The notes beneath the pieces were generated by a model that did no database searches, had not been told where the DNA came from, and saw only the letters and a list, made by a program, of their open reading frames with translations. This document shows positions 9,527 through 19,070 of a stretch of 64,000 nt of DNA, one piece after another; within the stretch, counting starts at the first letter, position 1; the number at the start of each line of letters is the position of its first letter. This stretch comes from Muribaculaceae bacterium (GTDB lineage: Bacteria; Bacteroidota; Bacteroidia; Bacteroidales; Muribaculaceae), in NCBI GenBank assembly GCA_017436845.1, contig JAFSCJ010000015.1, forward strand, positions 126,771 through 190,770. Direction: 5' to 3'. The position numbers and the translations under genes are program-made.

Positions 9527-9880
9527 ATGGCCAATAAACGTGATTTAAAAAAACAAATAAAATTCATTTGTGGAGATATTGCATGTGAATGTATTATGGC
9601 TCGCAATTTTATCGCTGGTGTTGATGCTGAAAAGATGAATAATAACGTCTATGAAGTTGCATCTTTACAAACTACAACACTGAAGCGTGTAAGTTTTGCT
9701 TATGATAAAGTTGTTGCTGATTTTGAGAATAAAAAAGCATATCAAAAAGCGAAAAGTAAATATTTTGCTGATGCATATAAAAAACTTCACTTGGATTTTA
9801 ATGATGGAATTAATGCTATTGTTAAATCAATGAATGATTCTCTTTCAAAAGAGCAGAAAGAAGCTCAAAAGAATAAATAA
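9527..9880 (+). CDS. hypothetical Lys-rich protein (117 aa), last gene of the thr transcription unit
   Basis: ATG lies 17 nt after the thrC stop. The only terminator hairpin of the unit follows it. No family recognised. Confidence 0.7.
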   Translation: MANKRDLKKQIKFICGDIACECIMARNFIAGVDAEKMNNNVYEVASLQTTTLKRVSFAYDKVVADFENKKAYQKAKSKYFADAYKKLHLDFNDGINAIVKSMNDSLSKEQKEAQKNK

Positions 9881-9894
9881 TATAAATCTATAAG

Positions 9895-9942
9895 TATCAC
9901 CGTGTAGGATAATCTATGCGGTGATATATTTAATGTGTTTTT
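9895..9942 (+). terminator. rho-independent terminator
   Basis: TATCACCG (9895-9902) pairs with CGGTGATA (9919-9926), followed by a T-rich tract ending gtgttttt. Confidence 0.55.
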
Positions 9943-10719
9943 ATGCCATATAATAAACTGAAAGTATTAATAATTCCACACGATATCGTTTGGGGAGATA
10001 AAATAGAGAACTTATTGTCAATTGAACATTTGTTATCAAAAGTAGATAATAATGTTGATATCGTCGTCTTGCCTGAACTGTTCACGACTGGATTGTTATC
10101 GAATATAGAAATGGTATCAAACCTGTCTGAAACCAATACGTCTAAAACGATTGAGATTATTAAAACTTGGGCTAAGAAATATAATTTTGCAATATGTGGA
10201 AGTTATATAGCTTCTTGTATGAGTAAATATTATAATAGAGCTTTCTTTATTGAACCTTCTGGCGAAGAAACTTTTTATGATAAGAAATATTTATCTTTAA
10301 TAAATGGTGAATGCGACTTATTTGAACCAGGTTTAACAGTTCCCCACATTATAAGATATAGAGGTTGGAATATTAAATTAATTATAGGGGAAGATTTATA
10401 TTATCCTGTTTGGTGTGGGAATAGCTACGACGCATTGGTTGTAGTTGCTAATACATCTAAAGCGAAATCTATACAATGGCGACATATGCTAATTGCGAGA
10501 GCTATTGAAAATCAGGCATATGTAATAGGTGCCAATAGAACAGGACATGATGATTTTGGCATGTATCAGTATAAAGATTCAATTATGGTCAATTATTTGG
10601 GAGAATTTAATATGCAGTCAAATAATACGTTTGTATATGCAGAATTAGATTACGATAGCCTCTCTCAATATAGAGCGCAGAATCCACTTTGGAAAAATGA
10701 TGGTCAGTCAATATTATAG
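9943..10719 (+). CDS. carbon-nitrogen hydrolase (nitrilase superfamily, YafV/omega-amidase-like) lacking the catalytic cysteine
   Basis: Glu motif VVLPELFTTG and Lys motif FYDKKYL are present, and the ARAIENQAYV region is conserved. The nucleophile motif (l-v-C-Y-D-L-R-F-P-v-W) reads LIIGEDLYYPVW instead. Confidence 0.8.
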   Translation: MPYNKLKVLIIPHDIVWGDKIENLLSIEHLLSKVDNNVDIVVLPELFTTGLLSNIEMVSNLSETNTSKTIEIIKTWAKKYNFAICGSYIASCMSKYYNRAFFIEPSGEETFYDKKYLSLINGECDLFEPGLTVPHIIRYRGWNIKLIIGEDLYYPVWCGNSYDALVVVANTSKAKSIQWRHMLIARAIENQAYVIGANRTGHDDFGMYQYKDSIMVNYLGEFNMQSNNTFVYAELDYDSLSQYRAQNPLWKNDGQSIL

Positions 10720-11286
10720 TAATTCTATTATTTGAGGAAGTATTGCGTGTATGTCATCATTAATTATTTGATGAGTGTTTTGATGTGCCCCTTGATTTAA
10801 TGTTTGTTTTTGAGCATTAATACGCGAGATGATTTCACCCCGAGAGATATTATTTCTCTTAATTACTCGTTTTATGCGAGTTTCTTCGGGTGCATGTATC
10901 TCCCAAACTTTATCAACAAGTTTATCAATCCCACTTTGATATAAAATAGCGGTTTCGATAAATAATTTAGTTGCTGTTTTGTATTTATTGATCCAAATCA
11001 AAATATCATTTCTAACTTCAGAGTGAACAATTGAGTTGAGTTTATAGAGTAAAGTATTGTTATTAAATACTACACGAGATAAAGCCAAACGATCAATCTG
11101 ATTATTGTATATTGCGTCTGAATATATGTTTGTTTTGATGTAGTCTTTTATAACTTTACTATTATCCATGATTTCTTTTGCGTTAGAATCACAATCGTAG
11201 ACATTGTAGCCCATATTACGCAATATGTTACTTATTAGGCTTTTCCCGGAGCCAATTCCACCATTGATTGCAATTACTTCTGCCAT
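10714..11286 (-). CDS. coaE: dephospho-CoA kinase
   Basis: P-loop INGGIGSGKS at the N-terminus, 190 aa. Confidence 0.88.
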   Translation of the reverse strand: MAEVIAINGGIGSGKSLISNILRNMGYNVYDCDSNAKEIMDNSKVIKDYIKTNIYSDAIYNNQIDRLALSRVVFNNNTLLYKLNSIVHSEVRNDILIWINKYKTATKLFIETAILYQSGIDKLVDKVWEIHAPEETRIKRVIKRNNISRGEIISRINAQKQTLNQGAHQNTHQIINDDIHAILPQIIELL

Positions 11287-12302
11287 TATTTTTGTTCGAT
11301 TATATATTCAACACTATCTGAAATTAGCTCTATATTCTTAAAATTATATGGGATATTAGATATGTTTAATGGAATTTTATTACTACAGTTTGTTTTGGTA
11401 TATTCATAATCAGCAGTAATTAATATATTGTTAGTTGTATTATATTTACTCATTGGAAGCAAATATGATATTTCTACTGATGATGGAAAGAGTATCAAGT
11501 CAAGATTATGTGGTACATTAATGGGGATTATTGAGATTACTTGTTTTTTTGATATTAATGGTTCTACAGGTATGAGCAATTTGACTTTATTGGGTATAAT
11601 TTTAAATCCAGGTATTGGTTTAATTTGAGCTGTTATAATAGTCGTGTCTTTCAGTTCTGATAATTTAATCAATTCTGTATTAATAGTTGATATAACAGTA
11701 TCTCCACTATTAATTTTGTATATACTAACAGAGTCTATATCAGAAATAATATCACCACTTATCGTATATTGAAAATGAGGTTTAATATCAGTATTAATTT
11801 TTAATATACATTTTTCTCCAGGAGTTGACGCAAAATTAAATTTTACGGTATCTGGATTAATCGATAGAATTTTGATTCCTCCTCCAAAATAATTGTAAAG
11901 AAGTTTCTCTATATCATTTTTATGTAATAAAAATGATTCGTAAGGAGTGTTTTTATGGATAAAATCTGAAAATTTAATTTTTAGATGAGGAATATGCCCA
12001 AGCAAATAGCTGATTATTGAGAAGCCTTTTCCTGCAATAGTTACATTAATATTAGATGGTACATTCTCTAATATTGTTATACTATCAGGTATCTCTACAA
12101 TTTCAATGGGTACATCGATATGTTGTTCATTAAACTCATTATTCAAACTTGATATAAGCCAAAATACAGTTGCGATACATAAAAAAAATAAGAATAGGAA
12201 TAAGTCACCCCCTTTTGATGGCTTAGGCTTATTTGACAAACGTTTTATTATGCTATATATATGTCGCTTGCTTTGCTTCATAGTTTTACAAAAATAGTCC
12301 AT
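11286..12302 (-). CDS. YbbR-like domain membrane protein
   Basis: N-terminal TM helix (LFLFLFFLCIATVFWLISS) followed by repeated beta-rich segments. Sits between yajC and coaE as in other Bacteroidales. Start is either M1 at 12302 or M8. The family call is tentative. Confidence 0.65.
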   Translation of the reverse strand: MDYFCKTMKQSKRHIYSIIKRLSNKPKPSKGGDLFLFLFFLCIATVFWLISSLNNEFNEQHIDVPIEIVEIPDSITILENVPSNINVTIAGKGFSIISYLLGHIPHLKIKFSDFIHKNTPYESFLLHKNDIEKLLYNYFGGGIKILSINPDTVKFNFASTPGEKCILKINTDIKPHFQYTISGDIISDIDSVSIYKINSGDTVISTINTELIKLSELKDTTIITAQIKPIPGFKIIPNKVKLLIPVEPLISKKQVISIIPINVPHNLDLILFPSSVEISYLLPMSKYNTTNNILITADYEYTKTNCSNKIPLNISNIPYNFKNIELISDSVEYIIEQK

Positions 12303-12346
12303 GCGTAAATATTATACATGGACTATCTATAAATCAAATCTAATAT

Positions 12347-12670
12347 TTATTTATTTTCTTCTCCTTGAGCCTGTGCATCTGCAGCAGAAGGATAAACAGA
12401 ACCTTTGTCTATTGTAATTTTCACATTGTCAGCAATCTCAACAATAAAAGCATTGTCTTTTATCCCACGTATTTTACCATGTATACCACCTGCTGTAATA
12501 ACTCGGTCACCAACAGTTAAACTCTCACGAAATTTTCTAATTTCTTTTTGCCTTTTTTGTTGAGGGCGTATCATGAAGAAATAAAAAACCGCAATTAATG
12601 CTACAATCATTAAAATATTCAACATTCCACTATTTGCTGGTTCTTGTAGTAATAAAAAATTTGTAATCAT
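12347..12670 (-). CDS. yajC: preprotein translocase subunit YajC
   Basis: One TM helix, then RPQQKRQKE...LTVGDRVITAGGIHGKI, the typical YajC signature. 107 aa. Confidence 0.9.
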   Translation of the reverse strand: MITNFLLLQEPANSGMLNILMIVALIAVFYFFMIRPQQKRQKEIRKFRESLTVGDRVITAGGIHGKIRGIKDNAFIVEIADNVKITIDKGSVYPSAADAQAQGEENK

Positions 12671-12701
12671 TATTTCATTTATTTATTAATTAAACTTTCT
12701 A

Positions 12702-12709
12702 CAAAGATA
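12702..12709 (-). promoter_or_regulatory. -7 promoter box (TAtcTTTG on minus strand) for yajC
   Basis: The plus strand reads caaagata, 32 nt upstream of the yajC ATG at 12670. Confidence 0.45.
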
Positions 12710-12719
12710 ACATTTATAT

Positions 12720-14129
12720 TTAAATTTTGTTGAGTTTACCCTCGCTTTTGAGTTGATTTATAACGGAGTAAAGTATCCCATTTATAAATTGACCACTTTT
12801 GGGTGTACTATAGCAATTGGCGATTTCTATGTATTCATTTAGTGTTACGGGTATTGGAATAGATGGACAATGTGTAAGTTCAGTTATTGCGGCAATCATA
12901 ATAACAATATCCATGAATGCTAATCGTTCAGAATCCCATTGCCCTCCATTTACAAATTTATCTATATATTGACGATATATGTCAGCATTTGTTATTGCAT
13001 TAGAAAACAATAAATCACCAAACTGCTTGTCTTCTTCATCTTTATATTGGGGTAGCAATAATGTGTTTTCTCCGGTATTAGCAAATTGTTTTATCGTTTT
13101 TAAAACAAAAGTCCCCATTATATCCAAATCATCGTTCCAATAAACGGATTTAGATTCTAATGCTTCACTCAGTTCCTCTGATGGTAAAATTATCGTTTTA
13201 AATATTGCTTTCCAAAAGTTACAATCCTCTGCAAAATTGGATTCAGTTGTTGACATATATTCTTGATATATATCAGAACCGGTAATCTTATCAAGTAATG
13301 ATTTAATCAGAAGTGTATCATCATCCCATGTTATCGGATTTGTTGATAAATAAGCTTGCATGTTTGGGCTATTTTTTATTGCTGTAATAAATTTATTCTC
13401 AACAAATTTCATATTAGGGTTTAAATCATCATATGTAGGTAGGTATTTATTTTTGGCCACGTCAATTTTTGTTTCTTGCATGCGTGTAATTTCCACCATT
13501 ATGCACAATAAACTATGGTATAACTCATATCCTTTATTCAATGAAGTTGTAAGATCTTTTTTTGCATTTACTAATAACGATTTACTATCGCTATAATCTG
13601 ATATTGTGCAAATGAACATAGCGATTCCTTGTTCAAATCCTGCATTTGTAAATCGGTTGTTTTTTCTTAACGATTCAATGAATAACGGTTCGCGTAAGAA
13701 AATTGTATTAACAATGCTTTTCCAAAATAAAACCTCATCCTGTATTTCTGGTGATTTATTCTTTTTTAAATCTTTATATGCAACTGAATTTATGATTAAA
13801 GAGTATAATCTTGATATAATTGGTGCTTCCCAATGATTATCACTCTGTACTATATAGCTACGAATTTCGTCATAAGTTATGAGTGATTTTGCAATCCTCA
13901 TTGATGACAATAAATTAGTAGTATCAAATTTTTGTGATGTACCTTTATCCGTTTTATATCCGGATAGTTTTAATAACAAAATAAATAAATCAAGATAAAG
14001 TAGATAGGCATATTGTTTGTCTCGTGAAGCCGTTTCTGGTGCTGATTCTATTTTAAACTCTTTGCGTGTCAACAGATAAGAATATAGCATCTGTACGACT
14101 TTAATTCTAATTAAAATGCGATTTATCAT
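12720..14129 (-). CDS. nusB: transcription antitermination factor NusB, unusually long form (470 aa)
   Basis: N-terminus MINRILIRIKVVQMLYSYLL. NusB C-terminal signature ERLAFMDIVIMIAAITEL...NEYIEIANCYSTPKSGQFINGIL. Start moved to ATG 14129 because the ORF-track extension to 14195 runs through the thiL terminator hairpin and the nusB -7 box. Confidence 0.8.
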   Translation of the reverse strand: MINRILIRIKVVQMLYSYLLTRKEFKIESAPETASRDKQYAYLLYLDLFILLLKLSGYKTDKGTSQKFDTTNLLSSMRIAKSLITYDEIRSYIVQSDNHWEAPIISRLYSLIINSVAYKDLKKNKSPEIQDEVLFWKSIVNTIFLREPLFIESLRKNNRFTNAGFEQGIAMFICTISDYSDSKSLLVNAKKDLTTSLNKGYELYHSLLCIMVEITRMQETKIDVAKNKYLPTYDDLNPNMKFVENKFITAIKNSPNMQAYLSTNPITWDDDTLLIKSLLDKITGSDIYQEYMSTTESNFAEDCNFWKAIFKTIILPSEELSEALESKSVYWNDDLDIMGTFVLKTIKQFANTGENTLLLPQYKDEEDKQFGDLLFSNAITNADIYRQYIDKFVNGGQWDSERLAFMDIVIMIAAITELTHCPSIPIPVTLNEYIEIANCYSTPKSGQFINGILYSVINQLKSEGKLNKI

Positions 14130-14158
14130 GATTCTAAATGTGCTATTAAAATTTTCTA

Positions 14159-14166
14159 CAAAATTA
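14159..14166 (-). promoter_or_regulatory. -7 promoter box (TAatTTTG on minus strand) for nusB
   Basis: The plus strand reads caaaatta, 30 nt upstream of ATG 14129. Confidence 0.45.
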
Positions 14167-14190
14167 CTAATTAATCTTGATATAAGAATA

Positions 14191-14211
14191 CCCACACGAT
14201 TAAAATGTGGG
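14191..14211 (-). terminator. short hairpin, possible terminator after thiL
   Basis: CCCACA (14191-14196) pairs with TGTGGG (14206-14211). It is followed on the minus strand by tattcttata. Weak stem. Confidence 0.35.
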
Positions 14212-14225
14212 TAATATCTTTATAT

Positions 14226-15257
14226 TCAACTTAAAGGGTTCCATCCCTGAGCCTTTATATTTATTTCGTTACCATCTCTTGTCTCCATCAAACATCCATA
14301 TTCTTTTTGGGTAATATGTCCAATAATTTTTAGACCTTCAATTTTATCTATAATATCGTGAAAATGAATAGGTACAGTAAATAGGAGCTCATAGTCTTCT
14401 CCACCATTTAAAGCGGCAGTAACTAAATTCATCCCTATTTCTTCCGCCATTACTGCTGTTTGGTAGTCAATTGGTATTCTTTCTTCATATATTCGACAGC
14501 CAACGTTACTTTGCTTACATATATGTAATAGTTCAGAGGATAATCCATCTGATATATCAATCATTGAGGTTGGAATGATATTATTTTCCTCAAGTATTTT
14601 TATTATATCTTTACGTGCTTCTGGTTTTAGTTGACGTTCAATTAAGTACTCTTTTCCTTGAAATTGAGGCTGAAATTCGGTTTGCCCATTTGATGCTATT
14701 TTTTCTCGTTCGAGCAATTGTAACCCCATGTATGCTGCTCCAAGATCTCCACTAACACAGATTAAATCATTAATTTGTGCCCCAGAACGATATACAATCC
14801 GATCTTTAGGAGCATCACCTATACATGTTATACTAATAACTAATCCCGAACGAGATGTTGTTGTATCTCCTCCAACGAGATCTACACCATAAATTTGGCA
14901 CGCTAATTTAATTCCGCTATATAGCTCTTCAATATGTTCAACTGCAAATCTTTTCGAAATAGCAAGAGATACTGTAATTTGACGAGGAGAGGCATTCATA
15001 GCATATAAATCAGAAAAATTAACTACAGCTGATTTATACCCTAAATGTTTTAATGGGACATATGTTAAATCAAAATGAATACCTTCAACTAATAAGTCTG
15101 TGCTAACAAGAACTTCAGAATCCTCGAAATGCATTACTGCACAATCATCCCCGACTCCTTTTATTGTAGAAGAGTTTTGAGCTTTCAATTTGTGGGTTAA
15201 TCGATCAATTAATCCAAATTCTCCAAATTCGGAAATTTCAGTTAATTTATTCTCCAT
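14226..15257 (-). CDS. thiL: thiamine-monophosphate kinase
   Basis: AIR-synthase-related fold motifs GVGDDCAVM and LVGGDTT, 343 aa. Confidence 0.85.
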   Translation of the reverse strand: MENKLTEISEFGEFGLIDRLTHKLKAQNSSTIKGVGDDCAVMHFEDSEVLVSTDLLVEGIHFDLTYVPLKHLGYKSAVVNFSDLYAMNASPRQITVSLAISKRFAVEHIEELYSGIKLACQIYGVDLVGGDTTTSRSGLVISITCIGDAPKDRIVYRSGAQINDLICVSGDLGAAYMGLQLLEREKIASNGQTEFQPQFQGKEYLIERQLKPEARKDIIKILEENNIIPTSMIDISDGLSSELLHICKQSNVGCRIYEERIPIDYQTAVMAEEIGMNLVTAALNGGEDYELLFTVPIHFHDIIDKIEGLKIIGHITQKEYGCLMETRDGNEINIKAQGWNPLS

Positions 15258-15264
15258 TATTGGA

Positions 15265-16083
15265 CTATACGTTAAAACGATTTACAAGTTCTCTCATTAT
15301 TTCCATCATGCGGGGTTGTGCTTGTTGCGCTGCTTTTTGTACTTCCTCATGAGATACTTGTTCAATAATTCCTTCTACACCTAAGTCAGTTATTACAGAA
15401 ACAGCAAAAACATTCATTCCACTATGTCGTGCGACAATAACCTCAGGAACAGTTGACATTCCAACTGCATCGCCTCCAATACGATGAAAATACCTATATT
15501 CTGCCGGAGTTTCAAATGTCGGTCCTTGAGTCCCTACGTATACTCCTTGAACAACTCGAATCCCTTTTTCATTGGCGATTTCTAATGCAGTCTTGATTAA
15601 TTTATGTGAATACGCCTCACTCATATCAGGAAATCGGTCTCCTAATTCATTATAATTTTTACCTCTTAAAGGATGTTCAGGAAATAAATTGATGTGATCA
15701 GTTATCAACATAATATCACCAATTTTAAAAGATGGATTCATTCCACCTGCAGCATTCGAAACGAATAATGTCTGAATACCGAGAGCTTTCATAACTCTAA
15801 TAGGGAATGTTACTTGTTTCATGTCATAACCTTCGTAATAATGGAATCTCCCTTGCATCGCCATTACGCGTTTAGATCCTAATTGACCAAATATTAAATT
15901 CCCACTATGACCTTCAACTGTAGATATCGGGAAATTAGGTATATCTGTATATGGAATATATTGTTTATCTTCAATATGATCAACAAGTGCACCAAGCCCG
16001 GTCCCTAAAATTATTGCGATTTGGGGTATTTCTGTAATTTTTGCCTTAATGTATTCTGCTGTTTGGTTTATTTTTTCAATCAT
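15265..16083 (-). CDS. purine nucleoside phosphorylase (trimeric, inosine/guanosine type)
   Basis: ILGTGLG, VEGHSGNLIFG, MQGRFHYYEGY, GPTFETPAE and VGMSTVPE motifs. 272 aa. Confidence 0.9.
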   Translation of the reverse strand: MIEKINQTAEYIKAKITEIPQIAIILGTGLGALVDHIEDKQYIPYTDIPNFPISTVEGHSGNLIFGQLGSKRVMAMQGRFHYYEGYDMKQVTFPIRVMKALGIQTLFVSNAAGGMNPSFKIGDIMLITDHINLFPEHPLRGKNYNELGDRFPDMSEAYSHKLIKTALEIANEKGIRVVQGVYVGTQGPTFETPAEYRYFHRIGGDAVGMSTVPEVIVARHSGMNVFAVSVITDLGVEGIIEQVSHEEVQKAAQQAQPRMMEIMRELVNRFNV

Positions 16084-16095
16084 AATAATTATGTT

Positions 16096-17193
16096 TTAGA
16101 ATAGTTTCTTTGAATATATCAGCCTATTTAGTTCTATATCAAATTGCTTTGTGTCGACAGATATAAATTGGACTTTTATTGGTATGTAGAAAATGTATTG
16201 CTTTAATTCTTCAGGAAAAGATGAGTTCCCTATCAATCTTACTGAGTCTTTTTCTGTTGTTATAATATATTTTTTTTCTCCTGTAAGAGCATTATATTTT
16301 TCTTTAATCGTATTGAAATCATCTATTGTGTAATGGTGGTGGTCTTCAAATTGTTTTACTTTTACAAGAGGTTTATATCTTTTTAGCTGTTTGATAAGTG
16401 GACGCGGATTAGCTATCCCTGTAACGACTAATAACGTGTCGCCTTTTGTAAGCCATTCTAAATTGGGAATGTATGTAGCTTTATCCGGAAACAATGATAT
16501 TAAATTCCCATAATTGTATTGGGAAAAGAATAAACTCTGATATGGATACAAATTTAAATTATTTTTAAAAACTCTGTAATCCATAGGTTTCATTTCATTC
16601 GGACATTTTGTTACTATAACAATATCAGCCCTGTTCAACGAATGTATATTCTCTCTAAGACGACCTAACGGCATAATTTTGTCACTAAATACTGGTCGGT
16701 TATATTCTGTAAGAACAATTGAGATTTTAGGCTTAACATAACGATGCTGAAAGGCGTCGTCTAATATTATTAAATTAATTGAAGGATTTAATTCCTTCAT
16801 TTTTTTTATTCCTTCACAACGGTTTTCACACACTGCGAGTGTAACTGATTTACACTCTTTGTATTTTTGGAACATTTGAAAAGGTTCGTCCCCTATTTGT
16901 TCTGAAGATGAGCACTTATCTGCTAAAAAGAATCCATGTGTCTTGCGTTTATAGCCTCTGCTAAGGATTCCTATACAAAAGCGTTCTTTAAGTAAATCTA
17001 CAATATATTCCGTATGAGGTGTCTTCCCCGTACCACCAACTGCAATATTCCCAACGGATATAATAGGGATGTCAAATTCATGTTGTTTAAGAACTCCAAT
17101 GTCAAATAACCAATTTCTCACACCCATTATAGCCCCATAGATTTTGGATAGAGGCCATAATAGCATAGTTGTGAGAAATTTATTTCTTGCCAT
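16096..17193 (-). CDS. lpxK: tetraacyldisaccharide 4'-kinase
   Basis: ISVGNIAVGGTGKTPHTEY P-loop signature, 365 aa. Confidence 0.9.
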   Translation of the reverse strand: MARNKFLTTMLLWPLSKIYGAIMGVRNWLFDIGVLKQHEFDIPIISVGNIAVGGTGKTPHTEYIVDLLKERFCIGILSRGYKRKTHGFFLADKCSSSEQIGDEPFQMFQKYKECKSVTLAVCENRCEGIKKMKELNPSINLIILDDAFQHRYVKPKISIVLTEYNRPVFSDKIMPLGRLRENIHSLNRADIVIVTKCPNEMKPMDYRVFKNNLNLYPYQSLFFSQYNYGNLISLFPDKATYIPNLEWLTKGDTLLVVTGIANPRPLIKQLKRYKPLVKVKQFEDHHHYTIDDFNTIKEKYNALTGEKKYIITTEKDSVRLIGNSSFPEELKQYIFYIPIKVQFISVDTKQFDIELNRLIYSKKLF

Positions 17194-17210
17194 CTCAGTT
17201 AGAATCTAAT

Positions 17211-18977
17211 TTATTCAATTATGATTTTTTCCATACGACATTGCATCTTTTCCAATCTCGACATTTTGTTAATCATGTTATAGTATTCATATGAAACGCC
17301 AATATTATTGGAAATAATGTGCTCAGAGACATTTTCAATATTCATTAATTTATTGATAAAATCATTAGCTCCTGATGGATATTCAACAATTGCATAGTCT
17401 TCAAATCCAAGATCAGATGCTAATTCTGAAATAGCAATATCAATGCCTCCAATTTTATCAACGAGTCCAAGTTCCAATGCTGATTGTCCATCCCAAACTC
17501 TACCTTCGGCAATAGCTTTAATTGCGTCAATACTCATTCCGCGACCTTCAGCGCATCGGCTAACAAAAGTCTCATATCCATTATTAATCATTTGTTGCAT
17601 GCTATTGCGCTGAGATGGAGTCATAGGTTCTGACAATGAAATAAAATCGCTATTTACATTTGTCGATACCAAACCTTGTGTAATACCTAAGTTTTCATCT
17701 AATAAATTTTTAACACATGGTATAAGCCCAAATATCCCTATTGAGCCAGTAAGTGTAGTCTCATCGGCATATATGCGATTAGCTCCGCACGAGATATAAT
17801 ATCCACCTGATGCTGCAAGGTGTCCCATTGAAACATAAAATGTCTTTCCATTGGCTTTAAATTGTTCTAATGCTTCCCATATCTGTTCAGAGGCGAAAGC
17901 ACTACCTCCTCCTGAATTCACTCGTAGGACAAGAGCCTTTATGTCGTTGTCTTCTGCCAATTCAAGAATTTGTGGAGCCATTTTACGTCCAACGATACCA
18001 TCATTCCCTTGATCTACGATATCTCCGACTGCATATAAAATTGCTATTTTATTACTACTGCCTTCAGGATTTAAAGTGTTTTCCAGCTTACAATATTCCG
18101 TTGGCGTAACTAAATTTATATCATCATATTTGTCAACACCACATAACTCAGCTAATGATTCTTCTGTCTCATGGCGATACGATAGTCTGTCTACAATATT
18201 GTTTTCTATATAGTATTTTGCCGATTTGGTTATTATTATACTATCTGCCCAATAATTAACATCTTCAATCGTTACGTTCCGAGCTGATGCAATTCCATTG
18301 CTAATAGTTGCCCAAATATTTTTTAGATAATGCTCTTGTTGAAGTCGGCTCGCTTCACTCATCTCAGTAAGGATGAAAGGCTCAACAGCACTTTTATATG
18401 TACCAACTTTTACAACTTGCATCTCTATCCCAATTTTATCAAGTAGATTCTTAAAGAACATTGTTGTTGCAGATAATCCTTTTATGTCAACAGAGCCCAT
18501 GGGATTGAGGTCGATGAAATTAGCTGATGAAACAATATAATAATTGTTCTGAGTATAAGAATCAGCATATGCATAAACCCATTTCCCTGATTTTTGAAAT
18601 TCAATTATAGCATTATGTATTTCTTCACTTGTTGCAATCCCGGATGTAGCACCATCACAATTAATATATAATCCTTTAATTCTGTCGTCTTTTTGTGCAT
18701 TTTTCAGTGAACGTAGTATGTCGTTTAATGGAATTACTTTAGCTGAGTTTCCATAAATTTCACTGATTAAATCAATTTCCGGGGCTCTTTCTTCTATTGT
18801 CCCAACCAAGTCAAGATATAAAACTGTATTATCGGTAATTTTAGCTGTCGTATTTGATGTGCCTCCGGCTATAGCAATGACAATAATGAATAATAATATT
18901 AAGGTTGTGAATAATATTACAGACAGCCAAATCCCTGCTAAGGAACCCAACATTGCTGTCAAAAATCTTTTCATCAT
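17211..18977 (-). CDS. sppA: signal peptide peptidase SppA, 67K type
   Basis: N-terminal TM helix and two S49 peptidase repeats (RVNSGGGSAFASEQI, LAASGGYYIS). 588 aa. Confidence 0.9.
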   Translation of the reverse strand: MMKRFLTAMLGSLAGIWLSVILFTTLILLFIIVIAIAGGTSNTTAKITDNTVLYLDLVGTIEERAPEIDLISEIYGNSAKVIPLNDILRSLKNAQKDDRIKGLYINCDGATSGIATSEEIHNAIIEFQKSGKWVYAYADSYTQNNYYIVSSANFIDLNPMGSVDIKGLSATTMFFKNLLDKIGIEMQVVKVGTYKSAVEPFILTEMSEASRLQQEHYLKNIWATISNGIASARNVTIEDVNYWADSIIITKSAKYYIENNIVDRLSYRHETEESLAELCGVDKYDDINLVTPTEYCKLENTLNPEGSSNKIAILYAVGDIVDQGNDGIVGRKMAPQILELAEDNDIKALVLRVNSGGGSAFASEQIWEALEQFKANGKTFYVSMGHLAASGGYYISCGANRIYADETTLTGSIGIFGLIPCVKNLLDENLGITQGLVSTNVNSDFISLSEPMTPSQRNSMQQMINNGYETFVSRCAEGRGMSIDAIKAIAEGRVWDGQSALELGLVDKIGGIDIAISELASDLGFEDYAIVEYPSGANDFINKLMNIENVSEHIISNNIGVSYEYYNMINKMSRLEKMQCRMEKIIIE

Positions 18978-19019
18978 AATAAAACAATATTGATATTAAG
19001 TCCTAAATTACAAACGATA

Positions 19020-19027
19020 CAAAGTTA
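19020..19027 (-). promoter_or_regulatory. -7 promoter box (TAacTTTG on minus strand) for the sppA-lpxK-PNP-thiL unit
   Basis: The plus strand reads caaagtta, 43 nt upstream of sppA ATG 18977. Confidence 0.45.
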
Positions 19028-19070
19028 ATATAATAGATTTTTAAAACAAACAAAAAATGCTCTAAAAATC

